In this document: positions 16,991 through 25,690 of the stretch, in pieces
Numbering within the stretch: the first letter of the stretch is position 1
How the letters are laid out: every line of letters starts with the position of its first letter
IMG/VR virus record: IMGVR_UViG_3300021364_000001
Coordinates: 64,001 to 128,000 of that record
From: a virus
Length of the DNA: 64,000 nucleotides
Strand: one strand, 5' to 3'
Program-made: the position numbers and the translations under genes
The notes under the pieces: model-generated
Databases searched by the model: none
Told to the model about the DNA's origin: nothing
The model's input: the letters and a program-made list of their open reading frames with translations, nothing else

Positions 16991-17509
16991 TCAACGCCAG
17001 GCGGGACCTTGTACCCATCCAACGAGAGAATATCTTGTGCCGTCCTCTACTGGGGCGACTCTATGGTAATCATCTGAGTGAAAGAAAATCATCTGACCTG
17101 TTTTCATTTCGATTGGTTGATTGATAAGGTGGAAGTAACCACCTTGGAAGTCCTCGTTTAGCAGGAGAGTGAAAGAAATCTTACGAACCTTTTCACCTTT
17201 TCTCTTGTTGCGGGACCACTCACTTTCATCTTGGTGCCAGTCATAACTGTTTCCTTTCTCGTACTTGGTGAGTTGCAGTGGTTCTACGAAGTCAATATCG
17301 AAGAACCACTTTGCTGCCTCATTTACTCTTGATGCGTATGACAAAATAAGATCATAGAGAGTCTGATCTTCTACGAAAGATACTTCGCAGTCTCGGACGT
17401 TCTCGATCTCGGTGTGCTCAAAGTTCTGATAGCGTTGGAGGATAGATTTGATCTCTTCAAACTCATCGTCATTAAGATCAACGGTTACATAACGATCACG
17501 ATAGTTCAT
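16991..17509 (-). CDS. 2OG-Fe(II) oxygenase (prolyl-hydroxylase-like)
   Basis: YDWHQD..RKISFTLLLN..FQGG..HRVAPV..RYSLVGW. Confidence 0.9.
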   Translation of the reverse strand: MNYRDRYVTVDLNDDEFEEIKSILQRYQNFEHTEIENVRDCEVSFVEDQTLYDLILSYASRVNEAAKWFFDIDFVEPLQLTKYEKGNSYDWHQDESEWSRNKRKGEKVRKISFTLLLNEDFQGGYFHLINQPIEMKTGQMIFFHSDDYHRVAPVEDGTRYSLVGWVQGPAWR

Positions 17510-17630
17510 AGATGGATTTAATCTTCTCATTAACAGCGTGTGCCTGTACTTCGGCACCGTCCTCCAAGTGTTCATGGAGTTCATCGATCAAAACTTCTAG
17601 CAGAGAGAAGTCTTCCAGATAGTCTTCCAT
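17496..17630 (-). CDS. Small acidic hypothetical protein (44 aa, not in ORF track)
   Basis: MEDYLEDFSLLEVLIDELHEHLEDG...IYELS. Confidence 0.55.
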   Translation of the reverse strand: MEDYLEDFSLLEVLIDELHEHLEDGAEVQAHAVNEKIKSIYELS

Positions 17631-17666
17631 GGGTCGCTCAATGTTTCAGAACTCATATAATATATA

Positions 17667-18284
17667 TCAGGGAAAGTGCGGTGTCAAGGGGGGTTGTTGC
17701 ACCTGCACCCGTGGCACAACCTTGTGTGGGATCATCTCCTTGCCCATGACGTTGAAGGAAATGATGGTCCTAGGAACGTCAGTGAAGTTGGGTTCTTGCA
17801 GGTGTGCCAGGTAGGAAGGGAAGAATACAATGTCACCTTCCTGCACATCAGGGATGAAGTCAATGACTTCTCCATTGATGAAGTTTGTAAAAGGAGCAAT
17901 GAAAGTTGTTCCTTTATGTACCGAAGGATCGAACTGCACATACAGGACAGCAGTGACACCCACTGGTCCATGGTTATGAACACCATGAAACTTACCATTA
18001 GATGTAGTCTGATGCCACATTGCGACGACCTTTTGCATATCCAGTCCAGTCTCTTGTGCCATCTGATCTAGGATCGGAGCACAAGCATCCATCACATCCC
18101 AATAGTATTTGGGCATTGCTTTGTTAGCAACGAGGTCATGATAATCAGTGTCCATCTCATGGAGAGACACCCGACCATTGCTAATGATTGCCTGAGGACT
18201 ATTCTCGTCGCACTGAGAGAGGATTCTCTCGCGCCATACGTCCCAGTTGGGTACGCTAAATTTCTCGATTGGGATTGTGAACAT
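17667..18284 (-). CDS. Putative 2OG-Fe(II) oxygenase (HxH type)
   Basis: HGVHNH..AVLY..GDIVFFPSYLAH..RTIISFN. Confidence 0.85.
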   Translation of the reverse strand: MFTIPIEKFSVPNWDVWRERILSQCDENSPQAIISNGRVSLHEMDTDYHDLVANKAMPKYYWDVMDACAPILDQMAQETGLDMQKVVAMWHQTTSNGKFHGVHNHGPVGVTAVLYVQFDPSVHKGTTFIAPFTNFINGEVIDFIPDVQEGDIVFFPSYLAHLQEPNFTDVPRTIISFNVMGKEMIPHKVVPRVQVQQPPLTPHFP

Positions 18285-18603
18285 GTTTGATAAACCATTC
18301 AGCATCAACAACTGCAAGAGGTTTCTTTCCATTCTTCTTCATGAAGAGAATGGGAGTGTGTTCTCCTGCATTAGCACACGCTTGATCGTATGCATCGTAG
18401 ACATTTAATTTCTCTACGTTCTTACACTCTATACTGAATGGGAACTTCTGTCTAGCATCTCTTGCCATGATCAGATCTTCACCACCAGCACCCATGGATC
18501 GTGATTCAATATCCTCACGATGAATACCTCTGTGCTCGATGAGCATATCTCTAACCCATTGTTGGAACCTACGTCCCTTCGCTTTCGCGCTTTGAGGTCT
18601 CAT
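18256..18603 (-). CDS. PD-(D/E)xK endonuclease (resolvase-like), conserved in cyanophages
   Basis: SAKAKGRRFQQWVRD..SMGAGGED..SIECKNVE. Confidence 0.8.
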   Translation of the reverse strand: MRPQSAKAKGRRFQQWVRDMLIEHRGIHREDIESRSMGAGGEDLIMARDARQKFPFSIECKNVEKLNVYDAYDQACANAGEHTPILFMKKNGKKPLAVVDAEWFIKHVHNPNREI

Positions 18604-18790
18604 ACTCTTTATTCTTTTTGAAGTATACTTTGTACCAACGATCACACGCTGCACGTATATACTTATAATCCTCGTGCTCGGTCCCTACCAGAGCAGCGAG
18701 ATAGACACAGGTCCCCTCCATCTCTGAGATGAGTGTCAGGATAGGTATAGGGGACTCTGGGTCTATGTTCCACTGTGGTTTAATCGGCAT
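18569..18790 (-). CDS. Hypothetical protein
   Basis: Likely start MPIKPQW at 18790. Confidence 0.6.
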   Translation of the reverse strand: MPIKPQWNIDPESPIPILTLISEMEGTCVYLAALVGTEHEDYKYIRAACDRWYKVYFKKNKEYETSKRESEGT

Positions 18791-18944
18791 ACCCGTCGTC
18801 GTCATCCTCCAACTGGTAACCAAGTCTAGTACGTGGTTCGTATGGAGTTGTATATGACTCAGGATCCTCCTTGATGGCGTCTTCAAGAGACTGTGCCAGG
18901 AGTTTCAGGTTATGTGCGATCAGTTTTACCTTATCATAATTCAT
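18780..18944 (-). CDS. Small hypothetical protein
   Basis: MNYDKVKLIAHNLKLLAQSLEDAIKED. Confidence 0.65.
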   Translation of the reverse strand: MNYDKVKLIAHNLKLLAQSLEDAIKEDPESYTTPYEPRTRLGYQLEDDDDGYAD

Positions 18945-19596
18945 ATGCTTTCTCCACTTGTGCCCAGTCCTTCTCAAACTGTGCGAGACCTTCTCTGGTG
19001 AGAACATGATCGTACATCTTCCAGAATACTTTCGGAGGAAGAGTCACTACGTCAGACCCATAGAGGAAGCAACGTGATACATGATGTACGTCACGAAGAG
19101 ATGCTGAAAGAATCTCTGTCTTCACACCGTGTGCCTTGTATGTACCAGAGATAGCACGAACAAGTTCAACACCCGAGAAAGAGTTGTCATTACATCTACC
19201 CACGAAAGGAGAGACGAATGAAGCACCTGCCTTGGCGGCAAGGATTGCCTGTGCCACAGAGAACACAAGCGTTACGTTGGTGGGGATATCATCTTCTGAT
19301 AAGTTCTTACATGCTTTCAATCCTTGAACGTTGCATGGAACTTTGATCGTAATGTTGGGAGCAATTTGAATATACTCGTCTGCCATTTCTAGCATCTCTT
19401 CCCAGGTGTCCCCAGATACTTCTGCCGAAACAGATGCATCCCATGAGAACAGGTCTGTGATTTCTGCAAGAACATCGGCAGGATTCCTGCCTGATCTAAG
19501 CATGAGTGTAGGGTTGGTGGTTACACCATCAATGAGACCAGTATCTACTGCTTCACGGATTTCATCAACATTACTACTGTCGAGAAAGATCTTCAT
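18934..19596 (-). CDS. talC: Transaldolase (TalC type)
   Basis: MKIFLDS, GVTTNPTL, TNVTLVFS and VSPFVGR motifs. Confidence 0.97.
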   Translation of the reverse strand: MKIFLDSSNVDEIREAVDTGLIDGVTTNPTLMLRSGRNPADVLAEITDLFSWDASVSAEVSGDTWEEMLEMADEYIQIAPNITIKVPCNVQGLKACKNLSEDDIPTNVTLVFSVAQAILAAKAGASFVSPFVGRCNDNSFSGVELVRAISGTYKAHGVKTEILSASLRDVHHVSRCFLYGSDVVTLPPKVFWKMYDHVLTREGLAQFEKDWAQVEKAYEL

Positions 19597-19633
19597 TGGT
19601 TCGGACCATAGAGGTTACTTTATATAGTAACAT

Positions 19634-19656
19634 AAAAAAAGAGACCCGAAGGTCTC
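19634..19656 (-). terminator. Rho-independent terminator
   Basis: GAGACC-TTCG-GGTCTC followed by T7. Confidence 0.85.
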
Positions 19657-19661
19657 TCTTA

Positions 19662-19769
19662 TTATTTCTTTGTAGTGCAGTGCCCTGCCATACAAAGTTG
19701 AGCGTCGCGAAGTTTTTTCTTCTTGACTTCTTGCTGTTTGATAACAGTCAGCCAATTAGTTGTCTTCAT
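19662..19769 (-). CDS. Small basic protein (35 aa, not in ORF track)
   Basis: MKTTNWLTVIKQQEVKKKKLRDAQLCMAGHCTTKK; ATGA coupling to the DUF4278-like gene. Confidence 0.65.
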   Translation of the reverse strand: MKTTNWLTVIKQQEVKKKKLRDAQLCMAGHCTTKK

Positions 19770-19906
19770 TTTGTGACCTCCACTTGCTTAGTGTATACCA
19801 TACCACGATAGTTCATGGTTACGGTCTTGGTCTCGTGCTTTTCTTCCTTCTTCTTAGAAGTAGGAACGCCGCGATAAGCAGTGTGGGTGCTGTAAAGATT
19901 CAGCAT
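19766..19906 (-). CDS. DUF4278-like small protein (46 aa, not in ORF track)
   Basis: MLNLYSTHTAYRGVPTSKKKEEKHETKTVTMNYRGMVYTKQVEVTK; two YRG motifs; AGGAG RBS. Confidence 0.75.
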   Translation of the reverse strand: MLNLYSTHTAYRGVPTSKKKEEKHETKTVTMNYRGMVYTKQVEVTK

Positions 19907-19966
19907 GGTTTTAACTCCTGAAATACTAGGGTGTGCTTAACCTTCTCTCCGAAGAGGATCCGTTTA

Positions 19967-20157
19967 CCCGTTCCTTCAATCGTTTGCGTCCCAATAGAAC
20001 TCACATTCTGGTACAGATTCCTTTACGGTCTCTATTAGTTCTACCACGACTTCTCGTGGTAGTTCAACCTTGTTTAGTTTGATCCTGAACAGTATTTCGT
20101 CAGCATCAGTACACGCCATGGTCGAATATAGAAGTAGTTCTAACATGGGATGAACGC
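19967..20157 (-). ncRNA. Glutamine-riboswitch-like core 2, with an ORF inside P2
   Basis: GCGTTCATCCCA-(ORF)-TGGGACGCAAACGATTGAAGGAACGG: P1 CGTTC/GAACG, P2 TCCCA/TGGGA. Confidence 0.65.
19976..20146 (-). CDS. 56-aa ORF nested in riboswitch core 2 (not in ORF track)
   Basis: MLELLLYSTMACTDADEILFRIKLNKVELPREVVVELIETVKESVPECEFYWDAND. Confidence 0.7.
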   Translation of the reverse strand: MLELLLYSTMACTDADEILFRIKLNKVELPREVVVELIETVKESVPECEFYWDAND

Positions 20158-20158
20158 T

Positions 20159-20217
20159 CCGTTCCGCGATTTACTTGCGTCCTATTCGCTATTCGCAAAC
20201 AACGAATGGGATGAACG
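20159..20217 (-). ncRNA. Glutamine-riboswitch-like core 1
   Basis: CGTTCATCC-CATTCG...CGAATA-GGACGCAAGTAAATCGCGGAACGG. Confidence 0.7.
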
Positions 20218-20242
20218 TGATGTCATACTAACATGACAATAC

Positions 20243-20274
20243 TATTTATACAAGTCAAATGTATCACATGTTAC
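20243..20274 (-). promoter_or_regulatory. NtcA box plus T4 late promoter
   Basis: Exact GTA-N8-TAC at 20261-20274 and TATAAATA at 20243-20250. Confidence 0.7.
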
Positions 20275-20286
20275 CGTTTTCTCATC

Positions 20287-20763
20287 CTAGTCCCTGGTCT
20301 CCTCAGGTCTGCCTTCAAGTTCTTCAAAAACTTCAAGTGGTCCCTTGTACCACTGATCGGGTCCAGGCCAATTATACTTGACACTGATTGCGTCGAGTCC
20401 CTCCACCTCGGACGGTTCCGTTGTGTATGTTTCTTCCATGGTTTCTTGCTCATCCCACGCTTCATGCAGTTCTTCTATCTGTCTGTCAACACCAGACATC
20501 GTTTGCTTTACCTTGCCGTCCCAGTACCACTTCTCAACATAGGAGAACAAGTATTTTAAGATTGTATTCAGGGGTGGTTTCTGCTTAGAGATCCACCCCT
20601 TTATCTTTTGGAGTTGTGTCCGCTCCCCACCCCAGTGGTGCTCGAACTTATAGTGCCATGTTGTATCACCTGGGAGTGGTTCAGTACCATACTCCCATGT
20701 ATCGTAATCATCCTCGTTACGAGGATCAGAGTGAGAATCCTGCAAAGGTGCTTGCTCCGACAT
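20287..20763 (-). CDS. Hypothetical protein
   Basis: DTWEYGTEPLPGD motif; overlaps the nrdB end. Confidence 0.65.
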   Translation of the reverse strand: MSEQAPLQDSHSDPRNEDDYDTWEYGTEPLPGDTTWHYKFEHHWGGERTQLQKIKGWISKQKPPLNTILKYLFSYVEKWYWDGKVKQTMSGVDRQIEELHEAWDEQETMEETYTTEPSEVEGLDAISVKYNWPGPDQWYKGPLEVFEELEGRPEETRD

Positions 20764-21895
20764 CCTGTTTAATCCCCCCGACTACATAAGACTCAATCTC
20801 AGTTTCCTGAGGAGCGTTCTGCTGCCCTTTGCTATTTAGCCAGTGCTCTGTCCAAGGTAACGGATTGTTTTTAGCGGGGATATCGTAGAGGGGAGCGAGA
20901 CCAATCGATCTCATGCGACGGTTAGCGATCCACTCCACGTACTGAGACAGCAGTCGTTCGTTGAGACCGATCATGCTACCCTCAGTGAACAGGTAGTTCG
21001 CCCACTCCTTCTCTTCTTCTACTGCGACAGCAAACATCTGTCGAACAGTCTCTTTCTCTTCTGCTGCAATCTTCTCCATCTCAGGATCGTCACCGTCTGC
21101 CCACTTCTTCAAGATCTTCTGAGTCAATACCAGATGCTGTGACTCATCACGGGCGATAAGGGAAATGATCTTTGCCGAACCCTCCATGAGTTTGAGCTCA
21201 CCAAAAGCAAAAGAGCAAGCAAAAGAAACATAGAAGCGTATTCCTTCCAGGATATTGACATTGGCAACAGCAAGATAGAGTTTGCGTTTCAAATCACGAA
21301 GAGTCCACTGAGAAGATGGAGAGTCCTTCCAATCAGACTGCCACATATTACCTTGTGCCCAGTCACCAACAGCATCCAGGAACTCATCGTATGCTTTGGT
21401 CACAGACTGAGCACGTTTGATAATCTTATCATTGTCAAGAGTAGTATCCAGGACCTCAGCAGGATCAGGGTAGACATTCTTGATGATGTGAGTGTAGGAA
21501 CGAGAATGGATCTGTTCCATGAACTGCCACACACCCATGGCACCTTCCAACTCAGGAAGAGAACAGTAGGGAGAGAACGCCATGCCAGGTCCACGACCCT
21601 GCACAGAGTCCAGAAGGATTTGATACTTCAAGTTGGAAGTATAGATGTGTTTCTGTTGTGCATTCAACGTCTTGTAGTCTGCTCTATCCTTTTGGAGAGA
21701 GACTTCCTCGGGACGCCAGAAATATCCGAGTTGTGTTTGAGTCAGTTTATCAAAGTCAGGATACTTAAACTCAGCATACTGTTGCATTCCAAGAGGTGCT
21801 CCGAAGAACATTGGTTGCTTTTTTGTGTCAACCTTCTTGCTGTTGAATACCGTTACTCCCATCTGTGCTCCCATTTGTTCCGTAGTTTGACTCAT
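20726..21895 (-). CDS. nrdB: Ribonucleotide reductase class Ia beta subunit
   Basis: FWRPEEV, EQIHSRSY, EGIRFYVSF and RDESQH motifs. Confidence 0.98.
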   Translation of the reverse strand: MSQTTEQMGAQMGVTVFNSKKVDTKKQPMFFGAPLGMQQYAEFKYPDFDKLTQTQLGYFWRPEEVSLQKDRADYKTLNAQQKHIYTSNLKYQILLDSVQGRGPGMAFSPYCSLPELEGAMGVWQFMEQIHSRSYTHIIKNVYPDPAEVLDTTLDNDKIIKRAQSVTKAYDEFLDAVGDWAQGNMWQSDWKDSPSSQWTLRDLKRKLYLAVANVNILEGIRFYVSFACSFAFGELKLMEGSAKIISLIARDESQHLVLTQKILKKWADGDDPEMEKIAAEEKETVRQMFAVAVEEEKEWANYLFTEGSMIGLNERLLSQYVEWIANRRMRSIGLAPLYDIPAKNNPLPWTEHWLNSKGQQNAPQETEIESYVVGGIKQDVGASTFAGFSL

Positions 21896-22010
21896 AGTAT
21901 AGAAATGAATTAATCCTTGGGGAACACCCCAAAGATTTACAACACTCCAAGTAGGAATCGAATTCCTCTTGGAGTGCTTTGCTTAGTGTGATTGTAACTT
22001 GTCTAGACAT
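21828..22010 (-). CDS. Small hypothetical protein between nrdA and nrdB
   Basis: MSRQVTITLSKALQEEFDSYLECCKSL..INSFLYY. Confidence 0.55.
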   Translation of the reverse strand: MSRQVTITLSKALQEEFDSYLECCKSLGCSPRINSFLYYESNYGTNGSTDGSNGIQQQEG

Positions 22011-24294
22011 TACATGCGTCGCAGTCTGCTTCGCTTCCTGAATCAATATCAGCAAGCAACGCTTGGAGTTGCTCCTCTACATTGTCTTCATCCTTCTTGT
22101 TGTCGTATGTGTTCTGATAATAAGAAGTCTTCCAACCATACTTGTATGTAGTCAGGAAGTCCTGTGCCATAACCGAGACTGGGATCTCATTGTTGGGGAA
22201 CTGAGTCGGGTTGTAAGACCAGTTACCAGAGATCGCTTGGTCAAAGAACTTTTGCATAACAGCAACGATCTTAATGTATCCTTCGTTAGAAGGCATGTCC
22301 CAGAGTAAGGTGTAGTTGTTCTTCAATGTGTTGTATTGCGGAACAATCTGTTTAAGAGGTCCCTTCTTGGACTTCTTAATGGACAGGAAGTCACGGGGTG
22401 GTTCGATTCCGTTGGTTGCATTTGACACAACGGAACTGCTCTCCGATGGCATCTGTGCAGACAGAGTGCTGTGTCGCAGTCCGTGCTTCTGGATAGATAC
22501 CCGTAGAGAATCCCAATCATACTGATACTCAGGTGCTACGATTTCATCTACCTCCTTCTTATATGTATCGATGGGGAGGATTCCATCATGATACTTAGTA
22601 CGTGCGAAACCATCACATGGTCCCTTCTCGATAGCAATCTGGTTGGATGCTTTCAGAAGATTGTACTGGAATGATTCTGTCAGTTTGTGTACTTCCTGCC
22701 AGGCACTGGGATCTTCATACTTAAAACCTTTCTTGGCAAGGTAGTGTGCCAAACCGATGAAACCGATGCCTAGGGAGCGACGAGAGAGGGTGCTACGACG
22801 TGCTGCGTTGACGGGGTAGTCTTGGTAGTCGATGAGTTCTTCCAGACCACGAACAGCAAGGTCAGCAAGGTCTTCCATCTCATCCAGACTCTTCAACTTA
22901 CCAACGTTGATAGCAGACAGGATGCACAGAGCAATCTCACCTGCCTCTTCATCGATGTGATTGATAGGATCGGTAGGAAGAGTGATCTCCTGACACAGGT
23001 TGGACATGTTCACCTTATCCTTGAAGGACGAGTGTGAGTTACAGTGGTCGATGTTCATCAGGTAGATACGACCAGTCTCAGATCTCTCTTTCAGAAGGTC
23101 GAGGATAAGTGCTTGGGCATTGACGGTTGTTCTAGGGATTCGATCGTCTGATTCGTAATTAATGTACATCCAATCAAAGCGATCAGTCCCGAAAGCGTCG
23201 TAAAGGCCAGGGACATCATGAGGACTGAAAAGTGAAATCTCTCCGTTTGAGATGAAACGCTCATAGAATAGTTTTGAAATCTGGATTGAGTAGTCGAGTT
23301 TTCTAACACGGTTGTCCTCCGTTCCTTTATTGTTTTTAAGGACGATGATGTCCTCTATTTCTTGGTGCCAGATTGGGAAGTGGACAGTCGCGCTTCCACC
23401 TCGTATGCCATTTTGAGTGCAGCATCTGACAGTGCTCTCAAACTTTTTGAGGAATGGTACAACACCTGTGTGTTGAACCTCGCCGCCCCTGATCTTACTG
23501 TTGATGCCACGGATTCGACCTGCGTTGATGCCGATTCCTGCGCGTTGAGCAACATAATAACCGATAGCCATGTCAGAACTAAAAATGCTATCGAGGGTGT
23601 CATCAACATCAACAAGCACACAGCTCGCAAATTGTCGAAGTGGAGTTCTAACCCCCGCCATGATAGGTGTGGGAATGTTGATCTTGTGTCTGCTGATTGC
23701 GTCGTAGTATCGTCGGACATATTCGATCCTGGTGTCGTGGGGATACTGTGCGAACAGAGTGGCAGCGATCAACATGTACATGAACTGTGGGGTCTCATAG
23801 ACTTGCCCACTGCTTCTGTCCTGTACCAGATATTTATCTGTGACCTGTCTCAGTCCAGCATATGTAAACAGAAAGTCACGATCGTGATCGATGTAACCAT
23901 CCAGTTCTTCCCACTCTTCCTTAGAGTAATAGTTCAGGAGATCATCATCGTACACACCCCACTCAACACCACGGATCACCTGATCATATACAGACGGATG
24001 GTTGTCAGGGTGGTCCCAGTACACAGACTTCCTCAGCGAGAAGAGGAGCAGACGTGCAGCAACGAACTGATAGTTAGGAGCATCAAGAGTAATCAGATCA
24101 TTAGCAGAACGAATCAAGATCTCTTGAATATCAGATGTAGCAATACCATCAAAGAATTGCAGGTTAGCATTCATCTCAACCTGACTTTCAGACACACCAG
24201 CAAGGTCCTTGCAAGCGTGCTCTACCATTACATGAATCTTATCGAGAGTAAGTTCTTCAACTGTGCCGTCTCTCTTTACAACCGTGGTGCTCAT
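22003..24294 (-). CDS. nrdA: Ribonucleotide reductase class Ia alpha subunit
   Basis: ATP-cone, SNLCQEI, QMPSESSS and C-terminal CxxC (CDAC). Confidence 0.98.
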   Translation of the reverse strand: MSTTVVKRDGTVEELTLDKIHVMVEHACKDLAGVSESQVEMNANLQFFDGIATSDIQEILIRSANDLITLDAPNYQFVAARLLLFSLRKSVYWDHPDNHPSVYDQVIRGVEWGVYDDDLLNYYSKEEWEELDGYIDHDRDFLFTYAGLRQVTDKYLVQDRSSGQVYETPQFMYMLIAATLFAQYPHDTRIEYVRRYYDAISRHKINIPTPIMAGVRTPLRQFASCVLVDVDDTLDSIFSSDMAIGYYVAQRAGIGINAGRIRGINSKIRGGEVQHTGVVPFLKKFESTVRCCTQNGIRGGSATVHFPIWHQEIEDIIVLKNNKGTEDNRVRKLDYSIQISKLFYERFISNGEISLFSPHDVPGLYDAFGTDRFDWMYINYESDDRIPRTTVNAQALILDLLKERSETGRIYLMNIDHCNSHSSFKDKVNMSNLCQEITLPTDPINHIDEEAGEIALCILSAINVGKLKSLDEMEDLADLAVRGLEELIDYQDYPVNAARRSTLSRRSLGIGFIGLAHYLAKKGFKYEDPSAWQEVHKLTESFQYNLLKASNQIAIEKGPCDGFARTKYHDGILPIDTYKKEVDEIVAPEYQYDWDSLRVSIQKHGLRHSTLSAQMPSESSSVVSNATNGIEPPRDFLSIKKSKKGPLKQIVPQYNTLKNNYTLLWDMPSNEGYIKIVAVMQKFFDQAISGNWSYNPTQFPNNEIPVSVMAQDFLTTYKYGWKTSYYQNTYDNKKDEDNVEEQLQALLADIDSGSEADCDACNV

Positions 24295-25280
24295 ACTTGT
24301 TTCCAGTCTGTGAATTTTAGTTTGGCTTCTAAACCAGAGTAGGTGTTGTGTTTAATTATATCAGAAGGATTTAATCCTGCCAACACCATGTCATTGATGT
24401 CCTTTTGTTTTACTTCCCTTGGCCAGATAACCACCTTCTCCTTGCTTCCGATGGCAGCGTCAATCCGCTGCACGATCTGTCTATTACGCGGTTCGTTGTC
24501 GAAGACCCAGACCCTATCCTTATAAGGAAGAGTGCGGTGGTCAACATCGCTACCACACATAGCAACAGCATTGGTAATGAAAGCACTGTCGAAGGGTCCT
24601 TCTGTGACATAAACTGTTTCCTCAGGATTAATGTAGTCACATCCGAATAGTTTCAGATGATCGTCAAAGATGATAGTTACATATCGAAGATTCGACTTTG
24701 GTGCCAGAGAGCGACCCTGGCATCCAAACCAAGTACCATCCTCGCGAAGGAGAGGGATAATAATTCTAGGTCGATCGTTCTGTAAGTTCTCAAAGGTCTG
24801 CTTCTGGGTGTTGACCCACCTCTTGAATTTATCGACATAGAAAAACCTACCGAGTTGGTCCTCAGGTATCTGTCTGTCGATCAGGTATTGCTTGGCGGGA
24901 TGTCCATTATTTAGGTCATTGATACATGTAAGACCTGATACATCCTTCTTGGCAAAGTGTGGTTTACTGTCAGGGATCACTGGGTTAGCAGTAACTGTAC
25001 CTTTACCAGTCCTACCCTGACGATACTTCTCCATCTGGTACTCAGAGTACGTGTTGGGGTCAATATCTTTCAGGAAGTTAGGCAGCGTTCTACCCATGCC
25101 ACAGTTGTGACACTTGTAGACATAGCGACCCTTCATTTCAAAAAAGTATCCTCGTGCCTTGTTCTTATGCTTCTGTGAGTCGCCACAGTATGGACAACGG
25201 AAGTTGTAGAGTCCGTTCTTGACCTTCTTAAACTTTTCTAGTCTCCACGACAAGCGGGAGATGTACATCTCGTCCAGCAT
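24291..25280 (-). CDS. DNA primase (gp61)
   Basis: Zn finger CPYCGDS..CHNC; TEGPFDS; FDNEPRN. Confidence 0.95.
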   Translation of the reverse strand: MLDEMYISRLSWRLEKFKKVKNGLYNFRCPYCGDSQKHKNKARGYFFEMKGRYVYKCHNCGMGRTLPNFLKDIDPNTYSEYQMEKYRQGRTGKGTVTANPVIPDSKPHFAKKDVSGLTCINDLNNGHPAKQYLIDRQIPEDQLGRFFYVDKFKRWVNTQKQTFENLQNDRPRIIIPLLREDGTWFGCQGRSLAPKSNLRYVTIIFDDHLKLFGCDYINPEETVYVTEGPFDSAFITNAVAMCGSDVDHRTLPYKDRVWVFDNEPRNRQIVQRIDAAIGSKEKVVIWPREVKQKDINDMVLAGLNPSDIIKHNTYSGLEAKLKFTDWKQV

Positions 25281-25689
25281 GACCAAGCACTCCACTGCCT
25301 GTCATGGTAGCAGGGGATGCCATCTTTGTCCAGATGGGTACTGCCACCTGTGCGATCGTCACAACGGTCGCAAGCACAGCAGTGGCACCAATAACAAACT
25401 TAGTATTCCTTTCTACTTTCTTCTCTAACTCTCTGAACTTACCAGCCATGGACTCAAACATACGATCATCATACTTCTGATGATCCTCAATCATTCTTAT
25501 AATGGTCATGTTGGTACGTTCACCTTCGTCCAATCTGTTCTCATGTCTTTCAAGAACGATGGCAATCTTATTACTGTTGTCAGAGATAGTTGTAACGGCA
25601 CGCTCTAACTTATCCAGCATCTCTTTGGACAAGTCTTCGTAGATCTGGAACTTAGATTCCAGTACATCTAGTTTTCCTAACCCAAACAT
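25228..25689 (-). CDS. Conserved coiled-coil protein with C-terminal TM
   Basis: LESKFQIYEDLSKEMLDKLERAV; hydrophobic C-terminus. Confidence 0.75.
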   Translation of the reverse strand: MFGLGKLDVLESKFQIYEDLSKEMLDKLERAVTTISDNSNKIAIVLERHENRLDEGERTNMTIIRMIEDHQKYDDRMFESMAGKFRELEKKVERNTKFVIGATAVLATVVTIAQVAVPIWTKMASPATMTGSGVLGHAGRDVHLPLVVETRKV

Positions 25690-25690
25690 C

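Noticed and set aside
18256-18603. Endonuclease as a mobile homing element
   Set aside because: It is a short PD-(D/E)xK protein without HNH, GIY-YIG or LAGLIDADG motifs, in an ordinary coupled operon position.
20271-20465. 64-aa basic ORF overlapping 20287-20763
   Set aside because: It is an alternative frame almost entirely inside a better ORF and runs into the NtcA/promoter region.
23362-24342. Long plus-strand ORFs antisense to core genes (326 aa over nrdA; also 40267-41259 over pstS, 54064-55158 over the VWA gene, 50711-51610 over gp45)
   Set aside because: They are shadow ORFs explained by the strong codon bias of the real minus-strand genes. They show no recognisable motifs, RBS or promoters.
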